A stretch of DNA of 64,000 nt from NCBI RefSeq assembly GCF_036365525.1, contig NC_090389.1, positions 21,991,033 through 22,055,032 on the forward strand, written 5' to 3'. Positions 38,090 to 49,554 of the stretch are shown in pieces (within the stretch, counting starts at the first letter, position 1; the number at the start of each line of letters is the position of its first letter). Position numbers and translations under genes: made by a program. This DNA is from Heterodontus francisci (taxonomy: Eukaryota). Below the pieces are notes generated by a model. The model had not been told where the DNA came from and did no database searches. It was given only the letters and a program-made list of their open reading frames with translations.

Positions 38090-39990
38090 CCCGGCACCGT
38101 GCACCCATCACTACCCGGCACCGTGCACCCATCACTACCCGGCACCGTGCACCCTTCACTACCCGGCACCGTGCACCCATCACTACCCGGCACCGTGCAC
38201 CCATCACTACCCGGCACCGTGCACCCATCACTACCCGGCACCGTGCACCCATCACTACCCGGCACCGTGCACCCATCACTACCCGGCACCGTGCACCCAT
38301 CACTACCCGGCACCGTGCACCCATCACTACCCGGCACCGTGCACCCTTCACTACCCGGCACCGTGCACCCTTCACTACCCGGCACCGTGCACCCATCACT
38401 ACCCGGCACCGTGCACCCATCACTACCCGGCACCGTGCACCCATCACTACCCGGCACCGTGCACCCATCACTACCCGGCACCGTGCACCCATCACTACCC
38501 GGCACCGTGCACCCATCACTACCCGGCACCGTGCACCCATCACTACCCGGCACCGTGCACCCATCACTACCCGGCACCGTGCACCCATCACTACCCGGCA
38601 CCGTGCACCCATCACTACCCGGCACCGTGCACCCTTCACTACCCGGCACCGTGCACCCTTCACTACCCGGCACCGTGCACCCATCACTACCCGGCACCGT
38701 GCACCCATCACTACCCGGCACCGTGCACCCATCACTACCCGGCACCGTGCACCCATCACTACCCGGCACCGTGCACCCTTCACTACCCGGCACCGTGCAC
38801 CCTTCACTACCCGGCACCGTGCACCCATCACTACCCGGCACCGTGCACCCTTCACTACCCGGCACCGTGCACCCATCACTACCCGGCACCGTGCACCCAT
38901 CACTACCCGGCACCGTGCACCCTTCACTACCCGGCACCGTGCACCCATCACTACCCGGCACCGTGCACCCTTCACTACCCGGCACCGTGCACCCTTCACT
39001 ACCCGGCACCGTGCACCCTTCACTACCCGGCACCGTGCACCCTTCACTACCCGGCACCGTGCACCCATCACTACCCGGCACCGTGCACCCATCACTACCC
39101 GGCACCGTGCACCCTTCACTACCCGGCACCGTGCACCCATCACTACCCGGCACCGTGCACCCTTCACTACCCGGCACCGTGCACCCTTCACTACCCGGCA
39201 CCGTGCACCCATCACTACCCGGCACCGTGCACCCATCACTACCCGGCACCGTGCACCCATCACTACCCGGCACCGTGCACCCATCACTACCCGGCACCGT
39301 GCACCCTTCACTACCCGGCACCGTGCACCCATCACTACCCGGCACCGTGCACCCATCACTACCCGGCACCGTGCACCCTTCACTACCCGGCACCGTGCAC
39401 CCTTCACTACCCGGCACCGTGCACCCTTCACTACCCGGCACCGTGCACCCTTCACTACCCGGCACCGTGCACCCATCACTACCCGGCACCGTGCACCCTT
39501 CACTACCCGGCACCGTGCACCCATCACTACCCGGCACCGTGCACCCTTCACTACCCGGCACCGTGCACCCATCACTACCCGGCACCGTGCACCCATCACT
39601 ACCCGGCACCGTGCACCCATCACTACCCGGCACCGTGCACCCATCACTACCCGGCACCGTGCACCCTTCACTACCCGGCACCGTGCACCCATCACTACCC
39701 GGCACCGTGCACCCATCACTACCCGGCACCGTGCACCCATCACTACCCGGCACCGTGCACCCTTCACTACCCGGCACCGTGCACCCTTCACTACCCGGTA
39801 CTGTGCACTCATCACTACCGTGCACCCATCACTTCCCGGCACCGTGCACCCTTCAGTACCCGGTACTGTGCACCCAGCACTGCCCGCATCCGGCACAGTG
39901 CACCCTTCACTACCTGGCACAGTGCACCCATCACTGCCTGCACCCAGCACCGTGCACCCATCAATGCCTGCACCTGGCACCATGTGCCCT
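38090..39990. repeat. 24-bp minisatellite GCACCC(A/T)TCACTACCCGGCACCGT, about 70 units
   Basis: Perfect tandem units to ~39800, then degenerate copies. Confidence 0.98.
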
Positions 39991-40619
39991 TCTCTGCCCA
40001 GTGCCCTTCACTGCAACATTGCCCTGAATCCCCTGGACTGTGCATCACTCTCAGCTGCATCCCAGCACCACACACTATTCACAGGCTACATTCCCTACAT
40101 CAGGCACAGTGCAACCTTTCCAGCTGCTACCCAGCACTACAATGCCTTTCAGCATCATTCCAACACTATGCATCAGTCATAGTCTGCAACCCCTAAAACA
40201 TGTACCAATCAAACTGCAACCCTTGCATCAGCCTCTGTGCAACCTTCATGGACCTCATCATCAGCAACTTGCGACACTCAATAGGGTCAGCAACTCTGCT
40301 GGGGACATTCCTGGTGACTTAATCGTGTATTGTTCTCTCATGTGACATTACATGACACCTGCACATTTTACAGCATTTACCTTATAACAGTTGGATTATC
40401 TGTTTTGCTCATGGTTTTACAGCAGCAGCTATTCTGCAAGAAGTTCCAAGAACCAGGAGGCCACCAGTCAGCAGACAAAAGAGGGGAAATAAAGCTGGGG
40501 GAAGGATTCCTAGATGGGAAACCAGAGTTGGGAGGAACTTTGATTCCACCAGTAACTAATAGTATCACACTGATATGATGCAGATTTTCATCATCATTAA
40601 CAGTAAAACAATGCTCTAG

Positions 40620-40820
40620 CCATAGTCCCAAAGGACCATTGACATCTCTCTCCATTAGAGAGAGACAGTTGATGATGTATAGCTTGAGGGTCATCACTCC
40701 TCAAACATGGGGTAAGGTGAGGAGGCAGGCTTCCATTAGCTACCACAGCCGGTATGGGGATTGAACCCACGCTGTTGGCGTCTTTCTGCATCACATTCTA
40801 GCCGACTGAACTAACAAACA
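40620..40820 (-). mobile_element. tRNA-derived SINE fragment
   Basis: Minus strand reads GTTAGTTCAGTCGGCTAG...GTGGGTTCAATCCCC (A and B boxes). Confidence 0.45.
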
Positions 40821-41019
40821 ATAACTCGCTGGTATGTAACTGGTTGCTGTAACATCCCAATATTCAACCTGTAACTAGTACTTATCCTATAACCTGCTGA
40901 ATATCACCCTGTAACTACAGCTGGAATCCTCCTACACTGCACAAGGTGTGATCAGACTCCTGCTTTTAACTGGCCCCATCTCCAGATGTACTAAAAATGA
41001 GGTGCCAACATGGTGAAGC

Positions 41020-42860
41020 AACGACACAGAACTATATGCATGTTAAACAGCAGACGGAGCAAACTATTGACAGCTAACCGATCCCACAACCAACCGATCA
41101 GATCAAAAGCTCTGCAATCCTGTCACATCCGGTCATGAATGGTGGTGGACAATTGAACAAAGAATGGGAGAAGGAGGTTCAATGAACATCTCCATCTCCA
41201 ATGAGGGCAGATTCCCAGCACATGAGTGCAACGGACAAGCTAGACGTGCAAAGTGAATGCTCCATCTCAGCCTCCTCTTGAGGTACCCACCATTTGAAAA
41301 GCTTCAGTAATTCGATTCACTCCACATGATAGCAAGAAATGGCTGAGTGCACTGAATACAGCAAAGGCTCTGGGCTGTAACAACAGTCCAACTGTAGTGC
41401 TGAAGACTTGTGCTCTGGAACCAGCATGCCCCTAGTCAAGCTGTTCCAGTCCATCTAAAACACTGGCATTTACCCAACAAAGTGGAAATTTATCAGGTAT
41501 GTCCTGTCCACAAAAAAGCAGGACAAATCCATTCCGTCCAATTACCGCCCCATCAGTCTACTGTCAATCATCAGCAAAGGGGTCATTGACATTGCTATCA
41601 AGCAACACTAACCAATAACTTGCTCACCCATGTTCAATTTTGGTCCCACCAGGACCACTCGGCTCCAGACATACAGTTTTCGTCCAAACATGGACAAAAG
41701 AGCTGAATTCCAAATATGAGGTGAGAGTGAATGCACTTGGCATCAAGGCAGCATTTGACCAAGTGTAGTATCAAAGAGCCCTAGTAAAATTTAAGTCAAT
41801 GGGAATAAGGGAGAAAACTCTCCACTGGTTGGAATCATATCCAGCATAAAGGAAGATAGATGGTTGTAAATGTTGGAGGCCAATAATCTCAGTCCCAGGC
41901 CATTACTGAAAGAGTTCCTGAGGGTAGTGTCCTAGACCCAACCATCTTCAGCTGCTTCATCAATGAACTTTTCTGCATTGTGAGGTCAGAAGTGGAGAGG
42001 TTCGCTGATGAATGCACAGTGTTCTGTTCCATTCACAGTTGCTCAGATGCTGAAGCAGTCTGTGCTCCAATGCAGCAAGACCTGGACAACATTCAGGCTT
42101 GGGCTGATAAGTGACAAGTAACATTCACACCACACAAGTGCTGTACAATGACCATCTCCATCAAGAAAGGATCTAACCAACTCCCCATGACATTCAATAG
42201 CATTACCATCGCTGAATTGCCCACCATCAACATCCGGGGGGGCGGGGGGAGTGGTCACCATTGAGCAGAAACTCAACTGGATGAGCCATAAAAATATTGT
42301 GATTACAAAAGCAGGTCAGTGACTGTGAATTCTGTGGCAAGTGACTCATCTCATGACTCCCCAAAGCCTGCACCATCTACATGGCAAAGCAGGAGTGTGA
42401 TGAAATACCACTTGTCTGGATGAGTGCAACTCCAAAGACACTCAAGAAGCTTAACGTCATCCATGTCACAGCAGCCCGCTTGATTGGCACCTCATCCACT
42501 GCCTCAAACGTTCACTGCCACCACTACTGGTGCACCATGTCTGCAGTGTGGATCATCCACAAGATGCACTGCAGCAAATCACCAAGGCTTCTTCAATAGC
42601 ACCTCCTAAACCCAACCTCTACCACCTAGAAGAACGAATGTCAGATACATAGGGACACCACCACCTGTAAGTTCCCTTCAAGTCACGCACCATCCTGACT
42701 TGGAACTACATCGCCATTGCTTCATCATCTCTGGAACTCCCTCCCTATCAGCACTGTTGGGGTACCTACGCTGCACAGGTTGCAGCGGTTCAAGAAGGCA
42801 GTTCAGGTTGGGAAATGAATGCTGACCTTGCCAGCAATGCTCAAATCCCATGAAGAAATT
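41020..42860 (+). mobile_element. CR1/L2-group LINE RT fragment
   Basis: Degenerate NYRPISLLS (AATTACCGCCCCATCAGTCTA), AFD, PEGSVL and FADE motifs with the family 3' tail. Confidence 0.8.
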
Positions 42861-43089
42861 TTTTTTAAAAAGAAAATATGTCCTTGGACTCTGATTTTGG
42901 ATTCAGGTTTTGTGCGAAAGGGAGAGCTCTGAACTGGAAGCCTTAGTCAAAGCTGATCTGTACTTGGACTTCATTCGTCAAAATTGGCTGACACAGACTG
43001 ACCTGCACCAAGTCAGTTTGGTTTTGGTCTCCAAGCTATAGGAAGAATTTAGAGAAAGTACTGTGGGATACTGCCTGGCATAAGGAAAT

Positions 43090-43520
43090 AAAAGTAAAAA
43101 GAAAGATGTGAACAATTCAGGATGTTTTCATTAGAACAGTGTAGATTAAGGCAAGATTTGATAGTGATATTTAATATTATAAAGGGATGGGACAGAGTAG
43201 TCAGAAATAGACATTTTCCAGTGATTGTGGGGTCGAGAACAAGGGGTCGTAGATGTAAGATTAAATGAAAGATTTAGGATCGAGAGCAAGAGAACCCTTT
43301 TTTAACAGTTGCGGCTGTGGACTGAACTGCCAGAGCTACTGATTGAAGCTGAGAAACTTTTAAGAATAGGTTAGATAGGCGGTTGAAGGAAAAGGAAATA
43401 AAGGTTTATGGGGACAGGGCAGGTATGTGAGACTGGGACACTGGCTTGTCTGGAGGATGAACACCAACATGGACTAATTGAGCTGAACATCTGGTTTCTG
43501 TGTTGTAATTTCTAAGTAAT
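43090..43520 (+). mobile_element. CR1 3' fragment
   Basis: TTTTCATTAGAACAGTGTAGATTAAGG...AGAACAAGGGGTC CR1 C-terminal motifs. Confidence 0.55.
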
Positions 43521-43816
43521 CTTTACAAGGATTAGCCTCTTGTTAGGAACGGGACTGAGGGCTATAACGATAACTAGGGATGGACAACATATTCAGCCTT
43601 GCTTGCATCTCCTATGAATGAATAAAAAATAGTAGAAATGGAACATTATGGTTCTGTTGCAAGGACCACAGGTCTATTGTTCCCGAGAAAAGCACTTCAC
43701 TTAGGATATATAGTGCAGGATATAAGTTTAGATAAATATGTTCAAATTTTGCTGGATTTACCTTTGGTCTCAGGAAGCAGCTTTGCTGAAACTTTCCTCA
43801 GGAGATGAAAGACATT

Positions 43817-44552
43817 GGCCAGGATTTTATCTGGGTAACGGGGGTCTCGACCACTGTCAAAAGCGCCAGCAAAAGTGCTGGCAAGAGCCCCGCACCACCT
43901 CCTCTGGAGAAGGCCCATCGGATCAAGTGCTGATTTGGCACGTAAGTGGACAGTGGTGGGCCTTCCCTGGGATCAAGGACCCCAGGCAGCGGAAATCCCA
44001 TATGCTGAGAGCTGTCAGCCAATCAGAGGCCGGCAGCTCCACCACAGAGGCGGTGGGTGCTGCTGGTACTGGACTCACCCGAGGCCTTGGAACCAGGCCA
44101 CAGGTAAGTCGGGGTGTCAGGGGCTTTGCGAGGTAGGGGTCGCAGGGAGATGGGTGTAGGGGATTCGGCAGCAAGGGCAGGGGGTTGGCTCTCAGCAGGC
44201 ATCTCCCCTCCCTTCCCGATGCCAGGTCCCTCATTCAGGCACTAAATGTCTTTAACGAGGCAACGCCACTCCCGGAGCCAGCAAGCAACCCACACGGGTT
44301 TGCTTAGCGTGCTCCTCGTGCAGTGACAGGCCCACCCACTGCTGAGCTAATACTAGCGGCAGCAGGATGAGGCCCTGAATTGGGCATTGATTGCCCACTT
44401 AAAAGACTCAGTTGGTAGCGGAGCAGAAAGGTCATTTAGAGGCCTTTCGGTCACTGACTTAATTTGGGTGGAGGTGGGAAGGTGACAGGGGTCCTGGTTA
44501 TATGCTCTCCCCGCCTCCAAACCTGACGCAGGAAGAGCATAAAATTCTCCTC
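43817..44552. mobile_element. PIF/Harbinger-like non-autonomous element (MITE)
   Basis: Imperfect 14-bp TIRs GGCCAGGATTTTAT / ATAAAATTCTCCTC, flanked by a 3-bp ATT direct repeat. Confidence 0.6.
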
Positions 44553-45067
44553 ATTGGGTAGATTCTACGATTGTATCTGGTCTGTGGAAGGAGCGGGCAT
44601 GATCATCTTTTCTCATTCCATGTTTTTTTTTAAACAAAGTAATTCATGACAACGCTACTTCATCGGAGAACGTCATCAGGATGCGCCGCGTTGCGCACAT
44701 GCGCAGACGGTTTCATGCCCCTTGCGCATGCGCTGCGGTCCGACTCTCCAGGACTGATTTGCGCATGCGCAAAGGACGCGGTACGCGCATGCGCACACAG
44801 TCTCCTCATCTCTGCGCATGCGCTGCGGTCCAACCTGCCGGTCAGGTTGTGCGCATGCGCAGATGACGTCATCGCGTTATTTCGTCTTCCTCGCCGACGC
44901 GCCAGTTTGGCTTCTGCGCATGCGTCAAAGCTTCAGCGCGACTTTTTGAAAGTGGAAGGAGCGGAGGTTTCGTCGGGCATCTTATCTGAATTATTTATTC
45001 GTTTTGGAGACTTGCTTCATTTTTATTTGACACAGGAGATTGTTCCAAGGTAAGTTGCTCTGCCTTT

Positions 45068-45290
45068 GTAAGTTGCTCTGAAAACATTTCCATTGTCTGG
45101 GCCACCGCATGTTCTCCAGTCCCTGTTGTGAGTTGCTCTGAAAACATTTCCATTGTCTGGGCCACCGCATGTTCTCCAGTCCCTGTTGTGAGTTGCTCTG
45201 AAAACATTTCCATTGTCTGGGCCACCGCATGTTCTCCAGCCCTTGTTGTGAGTTGCTCTGAAAACATTTCCATTGTCTGGGCCACCGCAG
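45068..45290. repeat. 60-bp tandem repeat, ~3.7 copies
   Basis: GTGAGTTGCTCTGAAAACATTTCCATTGTCTGGGCCACCGCATGTTCTCCAGTCCCTGTT repeated. Confidence 0.95.
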
Positions 45291-45297
45291 GTAGCAG

Positions 45298-46413
45298 GAT
45301 GAAGGCACAGTGACTGTGATTTCTGGCGCCAAACAGTACACACTGCAGATACATGATGGCCAGGCTACCTGCAGCTGCATCTTCTCCATTCAGACTTTGT
45401 TGCCCTGCAAACGTGCTGTTGTTGTGCAGAGGCATCTGGGTCTGCCTTTGGACAGGCTCGCCCCCAATTGTCGCTGGCGTGCATCTTAGACACCAACGAC
45501 GACAGGCATGGCTGCTGCCATTGTGATTACAGAGGAACAGCCAAGGCCCCTCAGCCACAATGAAAAATACCGCTTGCTTTCAGATCAATTGTACCAGCTG
45601 CAACAGGCCGTTCTGCAGAGTGGAACGGCAGCATTCATGAGGAGACTGGACTGGCTGCGGCAACAGACTCTCCGCTGGCAGCAAGGACTGGCTGATGAGA
45701 TGGAGCCATTTACTATGCCCAACAATTGCCCGGAAGCACCTTCGGATGGAGGTGGCCGCGCGCTGGACATCAGTCACGTGTCACAAACCCTGGATCCTGA
45801 GCGTCTCACCCCCTGGCCTAATGATCTGATGGACCATACATATGCCTACCTGTTCAAATCTCCACTTCCCCTACCTGCGGTACCCTCTCCTTGCTGCTCA
45901 GTTACACAGTCACCTGCTCCTACACCCATCAGGGCAGTGCACATGGACACACAGTTACCTGCTCCTACACCCATCAGGGCAGTGCACATGGACACACAGT
46001 CACCTGCTCCTACACCCATCAGGGCAGTGCACATGGACACACAGTTACCTGCTCCTACACCCATCAGGGCAGTGCACATGGACACACAGTTACCTGCTCC
46101 TACACCCATCAGGGCAGTGCTCATGGGCACACAGTTACCTGCTCCTACACCCATCAGGGCAGTGCTCATGGACACACAGCCACCTGTTACCCCATCCGAC
46201 GTTGAAACAACCATGCAGAGCCTTGTGAGACTCCGCAATTGCCAGTTGCTGCCTGTCAAGCAGAGAGGGCGTCCAAAGGGGTCAAGCACTTGGGGAACAT
46301 TCAGCAAGAAGAGACTGAGCACTAAAAGAAACAAGCATGCCGTGTCCAGTGGTAGCAGAAATGTGAATGCTCTTGCTGCGTACACAACTGGTGATAGTCG
46401 TAGGCAGGATTAA
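45298..46413 (+). pseudogene. MULE transposase C-terminal remnant (SWIM zinc finger, RW motif, AT-hook)
   Basis: QATCSCIFSIQTLLPCKR (CxC..PCxH with H>R), NCRW, then TAG at 45487. It continues in frame into ORF 45508-46413 with LSHNEKYR and KQRGRPKGS. Confidence 0.7.
45903..46190. repeat. 45-bp in-frame tandem repeat, ~6 copies (PAPTPIRAVHMDTQL)
   Basis: Direct periodicity within ORF 45508-46413. Confidence 0.95.
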
Positions 46414-47786
46414 ATGGGAATGGATGGAAAGACGCACGAGTAACATAACCACTGGCAGGGAACTGCTGGGCTAAATGGCCAGCTTTATGTTCATAGCCCA
46501 AAAGAAATGTGCTTCTTTTCCAGCACCCTCACATCATTCATGTTTTCCCTGAGAGCAGCATTGAACCATCACGAGATAGGGGCAGTAACATCATCCTGCC
46601 TCCTACAGCTGAGGTGGGTACTAAGTGATTCATTGGCGGTGTTATCAGTACATGCCTTTACCGCAGAACACAAAGCATGCTCAACAGTAATTTCATTGGA
46701 GGGAGGGAAGCTCTGACACTGATGTTCTTTCCTTATTTTCTTTCATGTAAAACGTGCCCTTGAGAAAACAATCCTTGACACTTAAGGACGGCATTCAAGC
46801 AAAGGAGGCAGTGCGGGAGAGGACGCAAGGATGTGCTGATTCCTGCATCTGAGGTGGGTAATAAGTGCTTCATTGGCGACGTTATCAATTGGTGCCTTCA
46901 CTGCAGAACTTAAAAAGGTGTGCACAACAGTAATTTCAGTGGATGGAGGGAGGCAAGCTCTGACTCTGATTTGCTTTATTTCTTTTCATGTAAAACATGC
47001 CGTCGAGAAAACAATCCTTGAGACTTAAGGTCAGCATTCAAGCAACGAAGGCAACTAGATCATGCTGCGGAGCTCATCACGATGTGGAAAGGAACATTGC
47101 ATTTATGGATGAATTGGGAATGCACATTGGGATGCGCTTGGGGAACATTCACCAAGAATAGACTGAGCTCAGACTCTTGTGACTTTGCCTTCTTCACATG
47201 GACAATACAGTAGTGGAATAGAGAGCCAAGCTTTTATTCACCACAAGGCTCTCCAGGAACAATCTCTTCAGCTGTGCATAGCAGAGAATCGGCCTGTCTG
47301 TCTAACGGGAATGCTGGACACAACACTCATGTATCCATGCACAGCAGTTCCTCAGATACTTAATGAACTTAATAAAACTTTTCAATAATTAAACCCAGAA
47401 TTGTTGAGGTTTTGTTTTGCATGCTATTTCCCCGACTTTGCAACTGCACTTCAGATATTCAACTATGGTGGGGGGGCAGAGGGAGGGGTGTTTGAAGAGG
47501 GGGAGGGGTGGGGAGTGCGGGGAGGGGTGGGGAGAGGGAGCATGCAAAATGCAGGGACCAAACAGTTGCAATGCCTGAAGTACTGAGGAGAAGTAGAGAA
47601 AGCAACTGGGTAGGGGAGAAAGCAACTGGATTGGGCATCCACAGCTGGAGGGAACGGCTGAATGGAGAGGGCCGGAAGCGAGAGGCCGTAGAGAGCCGCG
47701 GGGAGCGAGCGTGCGAAGACCTTGGTGTCACCGGGTCCAGGGACTGGCCAGTAAGTCTTTTGCTGCACTCCTCTTCCGTTCCGCTG

Positions 47787-48630
47787 CTCCCCCCCCCACT
47801 CTCTCCCCTTCCTCCCTCTCCCCCCAGCTCTCCCCCTCCCCCCTTCCTTACCCCTCCCTCTCCCTCTTTCACCCCCCCTCCCTCTTTCTCCCCCTCCCTC
47901 TTTCTCCCCCTCTCCCCCTCTCCCTCTTTCTCCCCCCCTCCCTCTTTCTCCCNNNNNNNNNNNNNNNNNNNNNNNNNNNNNNNNNNNNNNNNNNNNNNNN
48001 NNNNNNNNNNNNNNNNNNNNNNNNNNNNNNNNNNNNNNNNNNNNNNNNNNNNNNNNNNNNNNNNNNNNNNNNNNNNNNNNNNNNNNNCCTCTTTCTCCCC
48101 CTCCCCCCTCCCACTTTCTCCCCCTCCCCCCTCCCTCTTTCTCCCCCTCCCCCCTCCCACTTTCTCCCCCTCTCCCCTCCCTCTTTCTCCCCCTCTCCCC
48201 TCCCTCTTTCTCCCCCCCTCCCTCTCCCTCTTTCTCCCCCTCTCCCCTCCCTCTTTCTCCCCCTCTCCCTCTTTCTCCCCCTCTCCCCCTTTCTCCCCCC
48301 CTCCCTCTCCCTCTTTCTCCCCCCCCTCCCTCTCCCTCTTTCTCCCCCCCCCTCCCTCTCCCTCTTTCTCCCCCCCCTCCCTCTCCCTCTTTCTCCCCCC
48401 CCCCTCCCCGGCACCGCTACCGCTGGTCTCCCCGCGCTGCTCTCCCCGGCCCCCGCACTGCTCTCCCCGGCCCCCGCGCTGCTCTCCACGGCCCCCGCGC
48501 TGCCTTTCCCGGCCCCCGCGCTGATCTCCCCGGCCTCCGCGCTGCTCTCCACGGCCCCCGTGCTGCCTTTCCCGGCCCCCGCGCTGATCTCCCCGGCCCC
48601 CGCGCTGATCTCCCCGGCCCGCTCCACTCT
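47787..48630. repeat. C/T low-complexity tract plus a 21-bp GC-rich repeat
   Basis: CCCTCTTTCTCCCC units, then CCCCGCGCTGCTCTCCCCGGC units at 48430-48620. Confidence 0.9.
47953..48087. other. Assembly gap (135 N)
   Basis: Run of N. Confidence 1.
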
Positions 48631-49554
48631 CTCACTCCGGCCATTGTATTCTGCCACGTGTTTGTTAGGTTTCATCTCTGTGATTTTTTGAATAGCGCCA
48701 TCTTTAGTCCTGGCAGCTGCAACAGTCGCAGGTTGTGACGTTTTCGTGGCACATGCTGTATCTGCGCATGTGCCAAAACAGCGCCACCTACCGATCGCGT
48801 TGTCAACAATTGCGGTCTTTTTTAAAAGAGTTGGGTTTGCTTATGTGCAGTCAAGCAGGTGAATGAAATAAGGGAAGATTGCAAGAGGACATAAAAGTTC
48901 AGGTTCAAAAAGAGCAGAAATAGCAAATCAAGCAGACCAACAAAATTGGGACTCATTTGTTCTTAAGTTCATTGGACAGCTTGATATTGAGCTTAGAAAC
49001 AGCTCTATTATTTACATGAAAATAACAGCACAAATTGATAGCAGCCCAGGGGACAGCCTTGAAGGTTGTGAGTTCGATCCCCACTCCAGAGATTTGAACA
49101 TGTGATCCAGGCTGACACTAAAGTGCAGTAGTGAGGGAATGCTGCATCATTGGAAGTATATTTCAGATGAGATGTTAAACTGAGGCTCTTGTTTGCCTTT
49201 TCATATGGACATAAAAGATCCCACAACACCATTCCAGTGTCCTGGAAGATATTTGTCACTCAACTAAGACCCCAAAAAAAAAGACCTGGCCACTTATTTC
49301 ATTGCTGTTTGTGATACCTTGCAGTGTACAAATTGCATGACACCTCAAAAAGTTTTTAATTGGCTATAAAGCATTCGGGATGTCCTGAGGACGTGAAATA
49401 TGCTTTCAAAATGCATTTCATTCGCTCCTTTCTGGTCACATGACCATATGACTATATATAATCCATCCAGCTGGGTAACTCCAGGGTTCACTATCAGCTG
49501 AGACCAAGAGCTTGTTTGGTCATTATGTTAAATGTAACAGACGGCCTCAGGTTC

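Larger units (their letters stand above)
44635..48817 (+). mobile_element. Mutator/MULE-type DNA transposon, internally deleted
   Basis: 9-bp direct repeat TTTTTTAAA at 44626-44634 and 48818-48826. Imperfect 21-bp ends (15/21). SWIM finger remnant and AT-hook ORF inside. Confidence 0.75.

Noticed and set aside
38090-39800. CRISPR-like array
   Set aside because: Head-to-tail repeats with no unique spacers, in eukaryotic context with no cas genes.
37900-40182. Four long overlapping ORFs with 8-aa repeats
   Set aside because: A 24-bp unit without stops is open in several frames on both strands. This is a minisatellite artefact.
47459-48691. Pro/Ser- and Gly/Glu-rich ORFs
   Set aside because: Low-complexity C/T tract spanning an assembly gap.
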